A stretch of DNA of 64,000 bases, taken from IMG/VR virus record IMGVR_UViG_3300023314_000004, positions 1 through 64,000 of that record. One strand, written 5' to 3'. The stretch is from a virus. Lineage: Duplodnaviria; Heunggongvirae; Uroviricota; Caudoviricetes. The notes beneath the pieces were generated by a model. That model was given only the letters and a program-made list of their open reading frames with translations, ran no database searches and was not told the DNA's origin. Each line of letters begins with the position of its first letter. Positions within the stretch are counted from its first letter, which is position 1. The position numbers were made by a program, and so were the translations under genes. Shown piece by piece: positions 1 to 8,717 of this stretch.

Positions 1-525
1 TTCATTAAATATCTCTCTTTCTTCGTACCGTTCCCAATACTCATCTTCTTCATAATTAAATTCTAATCCATAAAGCTCATTCCAAAAATTAGCTAATCGA
101 GGATCTTTCTTATAAATCTGATGTTGCACTGTTAAATCTTCTCCATTTTTTAATCCATGAGGATTATATTTTACTGTTTTTGGAGTGAGATTTTGGAATT
201 CTCTTGAAGTTTTAGAGAATTTTCCTGATAAAATAGTTTCTACATCCTCTTTCCATTTATCCTCATATTGATAGACAAGCATAATCCATCCATCCGGATA
301 ATCATATTCGTCTATTATTCTTGCTTTTCTTGCTCTTTCTTTGGTTAAGAAGTCTGTAAAGTTTTCCATTTTATGTAATGGTGGACGAAATAAAAGATAT
401 ACAGCATTATTATAGTCTATATTCTTTATTTCGTCCTTTACATAGGCATTTTCAAATCCATGCCTGTTAATTTCCTCTCTACTTATTCCCAAAGTGGGCA
501 CTATGAATAAACTAGTTGCCGTCAA
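1..525 (-). CDS. hypothetical protein, N-terminal part only (ORF runs off the window start)
   Basis: Minus-strand frame is stop-free from ~540 down to position 1 (…ISREEINRHGFENAYVKDEIKNIDYNN…HKMENFTDF…YEEREIFNE). Start codon unresolved (TTG 525, GTG 501 or ATG ~368). Lies downstream of and co-oriented with the nuclease gene. Confidence 0.3.
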   Translation of the reverse strand, partial: MTATSLFIVPTLGISREEINRHGFENAYVKDEIKNIDYNNAVYLLFRPPLHKMENFTDFLTKERARKARIIDEYDYPDGWIMLVYQYEDKWKEDVETILSGKFSKTSREFQNLTPKTVKYNPHGLKNGEDLTVQHQIYKKDPRLANFWNELYGLEFNYEEDEYWERYEEREIFNE

Positions 526-538
526 TTTCCTAACTTTT

Positions 539-1603
539 TCATACATCTTCAAATGGTTTAATGATCATTTTTCCTTTATTATGGTACACTTCCCTACTAT
601 TCCTCCACACTTCTTCTTTCCTATGCCATTGAATATCCGATACTAATTCATATAATCCTTTATATTTTACATCATTTCTTGTAGTGAATCCCCAAAGTCC
701 TTCTTGAACATTCTGACTACTAGTTGAATATAATAGAGGATTGGATTTTAAATCAGAGCTTGCTACAATAAATTCAATACTAGGAATGCTATATTCTTTA
801 AGCTCAGGTCTAATTTCTGTACTATAATGAGATAAAGCTAAGAAATAGCTAGCCACCTGTAAATAATATTTCATTTTCCAATATTGATATTGAAATTCTT
901 CTCCAGTATATGTCACTTTAAGATCATACGGAGTGATAGTTTTTAATTTATGATTAATAATCGTTCTATCTAACATTCCTTTGAAAGGAACACCACCTAC
1001 ATCATAAAACACTCCTAATTGATCTATTACTTCTATATCACCTTCACTTTTAGCATTGATAATATCCTTAGTCCATTCACATGTTCTTAATTCTTCCATT
1101 ATCTTATCGGAAGCACTAATAAGGTTCATATCAACAATAGTCTTTCCAAATTGACTTCTACACTCTTTATAATATCCTTCTGCTTCACTACCAATAAAAT
1201 TAGTAACTAACCAAGCAAAATCTTTCTTCTTAAAGGCAACTTCGACTCCTCTCTTATCATACTTCACTTCATTAAAAGCCTCTTCCATCATTTCTGTCAA
1301 ATCCCTACTTACTTTTAAATCTTTATCTAAAGAAGCAATAGTAATTCCACATAACTTTTCAACAAAATCTCCCATTTGCCCTGTTGGAGCAATACAACTA
1401 GCTATAACAAATCTATCGTCAAACTCCTGATTAGAGAATAATTTACAATCTATTAAACTTCCTAGCTTCATAGCTGTACTCATCTCAGTTTCTACTTGTA
1501 TACCTAGTTCATATCTCTTATGGAATTCTATTCTATTTGTATCGAATAGCTTCACCGCTGAATAACTTAACCTATCTGACTTTCTATATTCTTTTTCTGT
1601 CAT
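539..1603 (-). CDS. putative PD-(D/E)XK-family nuclease (RecB/Cas4-like)
   Basis: 354 aa. Candidate catalytic D…D-L-K arrangement (…GMLDRT…PYDLKVT…) followed by a QxxxY-like motif (EEFQYQYW), as in RecB-family nucleases. Motif-level only. Confidence 0.35.
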   Translation of the reverse strand: MTEKEYRKSDRLSYSAVKLFDTNRIEFHKRYELGIQVETEMSTAMKLGSLIDCKLFSNQEFDDRFVIASCIAPTGQMGDFVEKLCGITIASLDKDLKVSRDLTEMMEEAFNEVKYDKRGVEVAFKKKDFAWLVTNFIGSEAEGYYKECRSQFGKTIVDMNLISASDKIMEELRTCEWTKDIINAKSEGDIEVIDQLGVFYDVGGVPFKGMLDRTIINHKLKTITPYDLKVTYTGEEFQYQYWKMKYYLQVASYFLALSHYSTEIRPELKEYSIPSIEFIVASSDLKSNPLLYSTSSQNVQEGLWGFTTRNDVKYKGLYELVSDIQWHRKEEVWRNSREVYHNKGKMIIKPFEDV

Positions 1604-1612
1604 AATAATATT

Positions 1613-1993
1613 TTAAGCACAAAGATAATCATTCTTTTCAATAGCAGAAAGAATTTTTACATTAACTGTTTCATCACCATTTTTAGCTTTCCTGCTAGTA
1701 AGAGAAAGTAACTTACCATCTCCTTTAGTTACAGTGAATTCACTTTCCAATAATATTGTATATTTACTAAGACAATCATCAAAAAAGCTTCTAAAATCAT
1801 TTGTAGAAAGTGAATAAACATTTCCTTCTCCTTCACTATATCTTCTTTTAGCTTCTTTTTTACTAAATATGTCTTTTTTGCTACATGCTAACACTGTTAC
1901 TTCTGTTCCATTTTCCAGTGGATTAGCAAATAAACTTAATCTTCTTCCCCTATCATCATAAAAAACATAGGTATTCCATTTAAATTGTTTCAT
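1613..1993 (-). CDS. hypothetical protein
   Basis: 126-aa ORF, co-oriented and tightly packed in the minus-strand operon. Confidence 0.45.
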   Translation of the reverse strand: MKQFKWNTYVFYDDRGRRLSLFANPLENGTEVTVLACSKKDIFSKKEAKRRYSEGEGNVYSLSTNDFRSFFDDCLSKYTILLESEFTVTKGDGKLLSLTSRKAKNGDETVNVKILSAIEKNDYLCA

Positions 1994-2477
1994 TTTTCTT
2001 TCTTTTTGTTTGTTTAATTAATAATATATCTCCTACTGACTTAACTCCGTGGCATGTGCTACAGAGCACTTGTAACCCTTCTTCTTCACAAAATAATCTA
2101 TTCACTACACCAGCTAAATCGTCACAACATTGCAAGCTTCCTACAGCTTCTATATGATCTACTTGTACCTCAGTAGCAGGAAACCAATTTTTACAGGAAT
2201 TACATTGATATTCAAATTTCTGTCTTTTATTAGGTCCTGTATAGTCTCTCCTAGCTTTATTTTTGACATTTTGAGTAGGTTTCCACCATCTACTTTGTTT
2301 TCTTAAAGCACTCTTAATCATTCCCCAAAAAGCAGCTTCTGTTAAAGAACCTCCTCCTCTTGTTTTAGGAACCTTACTTACTACTTTCTTAACAGCAGCT
2401 TTCTTTTTAACCACTTTCTTTTTTCTACTTACAGTACTGCTCCTAATTCTAGGAGTTGCTTTTTTCTTTTTTCTCAT
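1980..2477 (-). CDS. HNH endonuclease with Lys/Arg-rich N-terminal tail
   Basis: 165 aa. Classic HNH beta-beta-alpha-metal core: CNSC…VQVDHIEAV…CSTCH (Cys4 plus catalytic His). N-terminal 45 aa are K/R-rich. Confidence 0.75.
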   Translation of the reverse strand: MRKKKKATPRIRSSTVSRKKKVVKKKAAVKKVVSKVPKTRGGGSLTEAAFWGMIKSALRKQSRWWKPTQNVKNKARRDYTGPNKRQKFEYQCNSCKNWFPATEVQVDHIEAVGSLQCCDDLAGVVNRLFCEEEGLQVLCSTCHGVKSVGDILLIKQTKRKKNETI

Positions 2478-2680
2478 TTTTCGAGTAATTCTTGTTTTAA
2501 TTCCTCAATTTGATCCTTTAAAGATTCTATTTCATCATCTTTTTCTTCTATAAGTTCCTTTAGTGCCTCAATTTCCTCCTGTTTACCATCAATAACGGCA
2601 TCCATTTCTTGGATTTTATCATTATAATCCTCTTCTATACCTGATAGATAACCTATAATATCTGAAATATCTTTTCCCAT
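2474..2680 (-). CDS. small acidic coiled-coil protein
   Basis: 68 aa, Glu/Lys/Leu heptad-like (…EEIEALKELIEEKDDEIESLKDQIEELKQELLEK). Confidence 0.4.
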   Translation of the reverse strand: MGKDISDIIGYLSGIEEDYNDKIQEMDAVIDGKQEEIEALKELIEEKDDEIESLKDQIEELKQELLEK

Positions 2681-2721
2681 AATAAAATAAAGGTAGGGAA
2701 TTTCACCCTACCTATAAAATT

Positions 2722-4089
2722 TTAAATTGTTACAATTCTTTCTTTTAAAGCATTCTTAATATCAATGATATTAGATATACTTACTACTGGAACATTTTCC
2801 TGACAAGACAGTTTTTCAAATGTTTTGTCTTTTAATTGTTGTTCTAGCTCTTCCACACTAGCATTAAAATATTCCTGAGAATAATCAGCTAAATCTCCAC
2901 TATCTACATGAGAGGAATATTCTCCTAAATCTACAGCTCCTACAATAAACATTTCACTCACCCTCATTTTATTACATTCATGGTTAGGAACACTCCTCAC
3001 TTTAGATGGATTGACGAGTGCTAGTACACCAGTGTCACCAAAACCGTTAAACATAAAGCTCCTTGAACCTACATGTAATCCTGCACTACATGAACGAGAA
3101 TTATCTAAATCAATTTTATCCTCATCTTCTCTATACACTTCTCCAATTTTAATAATCTTTGTCCTTGTATGAGCATCTGTATAAATATTCTCAGCCATAG
3201 TGTTTAAACTAGTATAAAGTTCTGCTAAATTGCCTTCTATTTTTTCAATACCACTTGGACGATCATCTGTACTAAGTAAATAGGAACCATCATCCTTTAA
3301 CCAAACAAAATAATTTTTAGGACTTTTCTTATTCTTTTTTACTTTAAAATACTGTTCTCCTACAAATGTAACTAAAGCTTTATCCGTACTACCTACATTT
3401 ACCACTCTCCTATAAAGCTCTAACATACCATTTAATGTAATGGAAATATCATTATTCTTTACAAAAGACAATAAATCCCTCCTACTACTTTCAATAGGAT
3501 TGAGAGCTGTCCATCTCCAGAACATTTTTAATGCTTCAAATTGCTCTTGTAGCACTACTAGTTTTTGAGTTTCTCCAATGCTATCAATAGAAAATAAAGG
3601 AATAGCAGCCTTCTTCTCTAAAATTTCAATAAAACTAGCTAGGACAATAGGAACCAAAGGAAGAGCTACACCTTTAAGGAAAATATCATCTCCTATTTGT
3701 TCAAAATCCTGATGCTTCTTAATAATAGACAAATTATCTTGTACAAAAGCTATTTCCTCTTGAGTGTATTCTTCTTTTATTGTTTCTTTCACTTCAGGTA
3801 CAGGAATTAGTAAAGTTCTAACTTGATCTTCTGTATAGGCATCCTTCACTTTTTGGAACAATTCTCCATCTCCTACAGCATTAATCACTACACCACCTTC
3901 CATTACCACTGTAATTTTACCATTAGTGTATAATAGTTTCTTATAAGGAGGTTTCCATGTCACTTGAACAGACATTTTATCCAGCCTTTTCTGAAAAATT
4001 CCATTTGTTAATTCTTGTTCTTTTACTTTTAATTTGTCCAGAGCTTCTCTTTCCGGAGATCTAAACCAGCTAAAATTAAACCATTTCAT
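2722..4089 (-). CDS. hypothetical protein (immediate neighbour of the GHKL ATPase gene)
   Basis: 455-aa ORF, no recognisable motifs. Stop lies 24 nt before the start of the GHKL gene. Confidence 0.55.
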   Translation of the reverse strand: MKWFNFSWFRSPEREALDKLKVKEQELTNGIFQKRLDKMSVQVTWKPPYKKLLYTNGKITVVMEGGVVINAVGDGELFQKVKDAYTEDQVRTLLIPVPEVKETIKEEYTQEEIAFVQDNLSIIKKHQDFEQIGDDIFLKGVALPLVPIVLASFIEILEKKAAIPLFSIDSIGETQKLVVLQEQFEALKMFWRWTALNPIESSRRDLLSFVKNNDISITLNGMLELYRRVVNVGSTDKALVTFVGEQYFKVKKNKKSPKNYFVWLKDDGSYLLSTDDRPSGIEKIEGNLAELYTSLNTMAENIYTDAHTRTKIIKIGEVYREDEDKIDLDNSRSCSAGLHVGSRSFMFNGFGDTGVLALVNPSKVRSVPNHECNKMRVSEMFIVGAVDLGEYSSHVDSGDLADYSQEYFNASVEELEQQLKDKTFEKLSCQENVPVVSISNIIDIKNALKERIVTI

Positions 4090-4112
4090 AATTTTTAAAT
4101 TTAAATTTTTAA

Positions 4113-6359
4113 TTAAAACGTTGCTTCTTCTTGTTTTTCTTCTACTTGTGGCTTATATACAAGTTCATAATTTTCCAATTCATTATAATATTTCTTTCTA
4201 AATAATAACATTTGGTTAATCATTTTGTTTATTTCTCCTAATTTATCTGTTTCATAATAGCTAGGAACTTTAATATGCTGAATGAAAGAAAATGTCTCCA
4301 TATTCTTATCCACTCTATTAATTAAAGGTAGCATTTCTTCGTCATATAAATTCATTTCTTTTGCTAAATCTGCAATAGCTTTTCCAGCTTCTTGAGTGAA
4401 GCTTTCTGCATGTTCATTTATATAAGCTCTAACCTTGGTGAGATCTTCTTCTACATTTTTTAAACAAGTTTTAATTATCTCACTACTACTTCTATATATT
4501 GCATTGTATTTCCCTACTACTTTTTCAGCTAATAAAGCTGTCGCTATCCTTCTAAAAGGTTTATTATCACTCATAAATTCATTATAAAGTTTAAATTGTT
4601 GTACATGTTTTATTTTATTCCATTCTCTTACACCTACAATAGCTACTTTTTCTCTTTTTACTAAAGCAGCTAAGGATTTAGCCTCATCACGTTGATCTGG
4701 CATAAATACAATAGTTAGATGAGGAGTTTTATGTATTTCTGACAGCTTATATGTCTTTTTCTCAAATGTCTGACTATAACCAATTTCTGTTTTACGAGAA
4801 TAGGCTATTGTCACTTCATCTTCTTGTTTATTTAAAGCTGTATAATTACTTTCAATCTTTCCTCTATTTTCCTTAAGCCATTCTTTTCTTAGAGCTAACC
4901 AAGATTGAAAAGCACTAGATTTTTCTATTCCTCTATAGTCTAAGCAAAAATCTGTAATTATCTGTTTTTCAACATTTTGCCATTCCACTATACCTTTTCT
5001 CCATTGTTCTTTAGGGAAAAGACCTACAACATTTCTAATATACCAACCTAAATTTATTTTTTGATCTAAACTAACAAATAATACACCCTTCCCCACTCTT
5101 TCTTTAATGTATTCTTTTACATTACCTGCAAGATGAGGATCTACAAGTACCACTTTAGTTTTATTATGGAAAGTCATAGTGAGGCTAGTATATATTCTCT
5201 TAGTCCTCCAAACACCATTATTTCCATATTCAGCTTTGATATCAAACATACCCATAAGGTCATTAGCCTTACCTTTATACCATTGTGCAGGTCTTAATTC
5301 CATATCCTCCACTTGAAAATCCTCTACTTTTATAGAAGAATATTTTGCAAGATATTGAACATCATATCCATTATCACCTATATTTACATATTTATTGGAA
5401 GATCCTATAATGGAATATACATCCATAAATCTTACTTTATCCTTAATACTGTCGTTGTATTGTGTGATAAAATAATCTGCAACTTCTCCTATTCTTTTCT
5501 TAATTAAGTCTAAAGTTTCCCTTGAGTTGAGATAGTTTTCTCTGCTAGGTGTAGGAACAATTCCATCTTTTAATCCAAATCTTAAGGCAATACCTAAAGG
5601 AATAGGAGATATACCTAGCTTATCATAGTCTATTTCATACACTACATCTTTAAGACAAAGATGTATATTGTTATAAGAAGGGTTGGAACTATACTGAAAT
5701 AGTTCATGACGATATATTTTATTTTCCCATAATACACCATCCATAATTAGAACAACAGTGTCATAATAAGCCAGCTTCTGTTTAGCTTTCAGTTTAAACT
5801 CATTATATTCTCTCCAATCATTAATTGGCATTTCAAATAACACACCATTCTCTTCATCTGTGTCTTCTTCATATATAAGGTCGTAGTCAATAAGTTCTTC
5901 TCCCTTATAGCATAAATATTTACATTTCCAACCATCTTTTACTATTGTGAATGTAACACTACGCTTTAAAGAAACCCATGCCTTACTTCCTAAGCCAAAG
6001 TGTCCTATCATATCATCACTATTCTCCTTAGTGGAGGACAGCATAGACATAAAGAATTCCTCAAAGAAATCTTTACTCATACCAGTACCCTTATCCTCAA
6101 TACTTAAAGTGTAAGTATTATTTTCGGAATGTAGTTTAACTACAACTGGATTTTCAATAGGATCTTTACCACTTTCTAAAATACTATCTACACCATTATT
6201 GCTAAGTTCTACAATAGTAGCACTCATAGCATCTTTATATAATCCTTCTGTGAGGATGTATTGTAATTTCTGTATTTTCTGTGTATTAATAGTGGCAGTG
6301 CCAGATTTCTCCTGCCCCACCACTTCCAATACATCACTTCTTTGATTATTAATTATCAT
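4113..6359 (-). CDS. GHKL-superfamily ATPase domain protein (Hsp90/MORC/MutL-like Bergerat fold), 748 aa
   Basis: N-terminal Bergerat-fold motifs in correct order and spacing: N-box IVELSNNGVDS (E…N…D), G1 box IEDKGTGMS (DxGxGM), G2 box IGHFGLGSKA (GxFGxGxxA). About 600 further residues without recognisable motifs. Confidence 0.6.
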   Translation of the reverse strand: MIINNQRSDVLEVVGQEKSGTATINTQKIQKLQYILTEGLYKDAMSATIVELSNNGVDSILESGKDPIENPVVVKLHSENNTYTLSIEDKGTGMSKDFFEEFFMSMLSSTKENSDDMIGHFGLGSKAWVSLKRSVTFTIVKDGWKCKYLCYKGEELIDYDLIYEEDTDEENGVLFEMPINDWREYNEFKLKAKQKLAYYDTVVLIMDGVLWENKIYRHELFQYSSNPSYNNIHLCLKDVVYEIDYDKLGISPIPLGIALRFGLKDGIVPTPSRENYLNSRETLDLIKKRIGEVADYFITQYNDSIKDKVRFMDVYSIIGSSNKYVNIGDNGYDVQYLAKYSSIKVEDFQVEDMELRPAQWYKGKANDLMGMFDIKAEYGNNGVWRTKRIYTSLTMTFHNKTKVVLVDPHLAGNVKEYIKERVGKGVLFVSLDQKINLGWYIRNVVGLFPKEQWRKGIVEWQNVEKQIITDFCLDYRGIEKSSAFQSWLALRKEWLKENRGKIESNYTALNKQEDEVTIAYSRKTEIGYSQTFEKKTYKLSEIHKTPHLTIVFMPDQRDEAKSLAALVKREKVAIVGVREWNKIKHVQQFKLYNEFMSDNKPFRRIATALLAEKVVGKYNAIYRSSSEIIKTCLKNVEEDLTKVRAYINEHAESFTQEAGKAIADLAKEMNLYDEEMLPLINRVDKNMETFSFIQHIKVPSYYETDKLGEINKMINQMLLFRKKYYNELENYELVYKPQVEEKQEEATF

Positions 6360-6721
6360 ATTAAGTCTATTATTTTTATAAATTTACCATCTTTTAATAT
6401 ATGTGTTACATAATGTATTGTTGTACTACTTCCAGACCCATTAGGAATAAATTCTCCTTTTCTCATCCACCCACATATAGCATATACATAATCTCTTACA
6501 TCTACAACTTTTTTAACACCTCTATACCCTTTACATTGTATTATATCTCCAGGTTTTAAATTTTTATCTACCCAATTTGTGATTTTAGGGATCAAACCCT
6601 CAAATTTCTTTTTAGCTCTTTCTCTGGATTCTTGGGCTTTTCTATAATTTTTTATTATTTTTACGTCTTGTTGAGCTTTAGCTAATCTTAACTCTTCTTC
6701 TATTTCTGCTATTGGTCTCAT
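6356..6721 (-). CDS. hypothetical protein
   Basis: ORF track gives 6356..6766. The internal Met at 6721 (MRPIAEIEEE…) removes a 44-nt overlap with the upstream gene. Confidence 0.4.
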   Translation of the reverse strand: MRPIAEIEEELRLAKAQQDVKIIKNYRKAQESRERAKKKFEGLIPKITNWVDKNLKPGDIIQCKGYRGVKKVVDVRDYVYAICGWMRKGEFIPNGSGSSTTIHYVTHILKDGKFIKIIDLI

Positions 6722-6722
6722 A

Positions 6723-7142
6723 TTATTTACTTTGTAAAAATTGTACATTATTAAATTGGAAGACATCTATCAGTTTCATTGTCAAATAACAAAAGGTTTT
6801 AGGACATTTACGAGGCATATCAGAAAGCCCTGTTCCAAGACCCATTTGTGGAAGAGCTATTTTATTGAAATCCATTTCTTCTGCAAATTTTATTATTTTT
6901 TCTATTTCTTCATCTATTATTTGACAATTTTCATCAAATTCTGCATCTGTAAAGAAATCTTCCTTTTGCATAGTAGGTTTTTTCTTAGTAGCTAAACCAA
7001 TACTATTCTTTTGCTCACGAATGACAGCTTGTCCTCCCATTCCTATCCGATCTAGATTGTCACCAAATATGAATAATGTGTCAAAATTGATACGACACTG
7101 TTCTATAGAATAGCGTCTACTCACCACTGTTAAGAATCCCAT
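6723..7142 (-). CDS. hypothetical protein with glycine-rich loop (…FIFGDNLDRIGMGGQAVIR…)
   Basis: 139 aa. Gly-rich motif suggests a nucleotide-binding or Rossmann-like fold; family not recognised. Confidence 0.4.
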   Translation of the reverse strand: MGFLTVVSRRYSIEQCRINFDTLFIFGDNLDRIGMGGQAVIREQKNSIGLATKKKPTMQKEDFFTDAEFDENCQIIDEEIEKIIKFAEEMDFNKIALPQMGLGTGLSDMPRKCPKTFCYLTMKLIDVFQFNNVQFLQSK

Positions 7143-7292
7143 ATATCTAATTGTTTAAATTTAGAAGGTTTTTCTTCTTTAATGTGTTTTTCCAGCTCTT
7201 TTACTAATTCAAAAACAGATATTCTCTTCCTACTACCATTCATTTTCATATCTGGTAATTGTTTCAAACAAAATACAGCTTCTTTAATAATT

Positions 7293-7622
7293 TCATCTTT
7301 TGTCATATTTTTCTTTTAAAGCTTTATACAATTTTTCTTCTGCTTCTTGTTGTTTAATTAATCTATTCTTTTCATCAATTTCAAATTGTTCTTTTCTTTT
7401 AAAGAACTCTTCCATAGTTTCAGTTTTTAATTCATAAACATCATACTCGTCTCCATTATATTCTATGTTAATTTTGGAATTTCCATATGCTAATCTTTTT
7501 TGTTTTAAAAATTCAATAATCTCATCTAAATTTCCTTCTAGATCACTTTTAAGTATATATTCTTTATATATGGATTGTTGTCTTAAAGTGTCGTCAAAAA
7601 CTGGCCTATACATATTTTCCAT
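7293..7622 (-). CDS. hypothetical protein
   Basis: 109-aa K/E-rich ORF. Confidence 0.4.
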   Translation of the reverse strand: MENMYRPVFDDTLRQQSIYKEYILKSDLEGNLDEIIEFLKQKRLAYGNSKINIEYNGDEYDVYELKTETMEEFFKRKEQFEIDEKNRLIKQQEAEEKLYKALKEKYDKR

Positions 7623-7980
7623 TTATTAGTTTTTTATTATAATTATAAGGAATTTGCCCCTTTTTAAATGTTTGGTTATTTGAAAATGTGAGTCCATTCC
7701 CCGCTCTTTTAGAAATAAGGGAAAGTCCTATAGATTTATAATATTCCATATACCAACTTTCCCAAAATTGCCATTTTTCTATCTCCACTTCATCTAATAT
7801 TTCAAGAATGGGTTTTAATTTAGCTCTTTTTAACTTATCAATCCACAAAAGCTTATCTATTGTAATTCCTCTAATATCTTGTAAATGATCTCTAAGTCTC
7901 CTATAAGGATCATTTGCTTTTCCTATATATTTAATTGTTTGTTCTATTGGACATAACAATGCATAAATGTATGTTTTCAT
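7606..7980 (-). CDS. GIY-YIG nuclease domain protein (small, stand-alone)
   Basis: 124 aa. N-terminus YIYALLCPIEQTIKYIGKANDPYRRLRDH matches GIY…YIG…R…H spacing of the GIY-YIG catalytic module. Confidence 0.5.
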   Translation of the reverse strand: MKTYIYALLCPIEQTIKYIGKANDPYRRLRDHLQDIRGITIDKLLWIDKLKRAKLKPILEILDEVEIEKWQFWESWYMEYYKSIGLSLISKRAGNGLTFSNNQTFKKGQIPYNYNKKLINGKYV

Positions 7981-7982
7981 TT

Positions 7983-8717
7983 TTAAAATGGTATATCAAG
8001 GAAATTAATTTCTCTAATTCCTTGTTGTTTTAATGTTTCATTTGTCCATGAAAATAGTTTTTCATGTTTAAATGCTCTTTGCTGATAAGAAGCAGCTACA
8101 GGATGTTCTACACTCATTTTAGGTCCTTTATATAATGTAGCATACATTTGAGCTTGTCTACCAAAGAATATCGTAGGAACCTTTAAGTCTTTTACAACAT
8201 TATTAAAGAAATAGCTCATAAATGGTTTCCAGAGTTCTTTATGTTCTCCACTTTTCCTTTCTGGTACAGTTAAAGCACTATTTAATAATAACACACCTTC
8301 CTGAGCTAGATAAGACAAATCAGTGTTTCTAGGCATCTTTAAATTAAGTCCTTCAGATAAGTCTTCTTCCATAGCATTGTATAAAAGTTTTAAGCTAGGT
8401 TGTTCTTCTTTTGTATAGGAACAACTAAAAGCTAGTCCATCAGCTATAATAGTTCCATATTTAATAGTAGGATATGGGTCCATTCCTAGCCATATTGATT
8501 TTAGAAAAGCTTTGTCACATTTCTCAAAAGCCTTAAATAAGTCTTTCCCCTCAGGGAGTATTTTACTAGTAGCTCCTTCTTCTTTTAATTTCTTATATAT
8601 TTCGTCAAATCCCCCTTGCTCGTAAAATGGTTTGAAATCTTCAGACCAGCTTCCTAGCTTAGGGGAAATTTTTGAATAGTCTATATTCATATTATTTATT
8701 TTAATGCGTTTCCGCAT
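7983..8717 (-). CDS. ung: uracil-DNA glycosylase (family 1 UDG)
   Basis: 244 aa. …SIWLGMDPYPT…GLAFSCS… matches the UDG water-activating loop (LGQDPYH…GLAFSV). …GVLLLNSALTV… matches GVLLLNTVLTV. C-terminal …EHPVAASY… matches the HPSPLS leucine-intercalation loop. Confidence 0.7.
   Translation of the reverse strand: MRKRIKINNMNIDYSKISPKLGSWSEDFKPFYEQGGFDEIYKKLKEEGATSKILPEGKDLFKAFEKCDKAFLKSIWLGMDPYPTIKYGTIIADGLAFSCSYTKEEQPSLKLLYNAMEEDLSEGLNLKMPRNTDLSYLAQEGVLLLNSALTVPERKSGEHKELWKPFMSYFFNNVVKDLKVPTIFFGRQAQMYATLYKGPKMSVEHPVAASYQQRAFKHEKLFSWTNETLKQQGIREINFLDIPF

Noticed and set aside
5313-5507. Plus-strand 64-aa ORF inside the GHKL gene
   Set aside because: Antisense to a long, motif-supported minus-strand gene. 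Ile/Tyr/Phe-rich, low-complexity translation typical of AT-rich antisense frames.
4113-6359. Type II topoisomerase (gyrase B / T4 gp39-like) assignment for the GHKL protein
   Set aside because: No TOPRIM (E…DxD) or transducer/QTK-loop signatures could be recognised after the ATPase domain. G2-box chemistry looks more like Hsp90/MORC than GyrB.
6741-6995. Plus-strand 84-aa ORF
   Set aside because: Antisense to minus-strand ORF 6723..7142. Phe/Tyr/Ile-rich junk-like translation.
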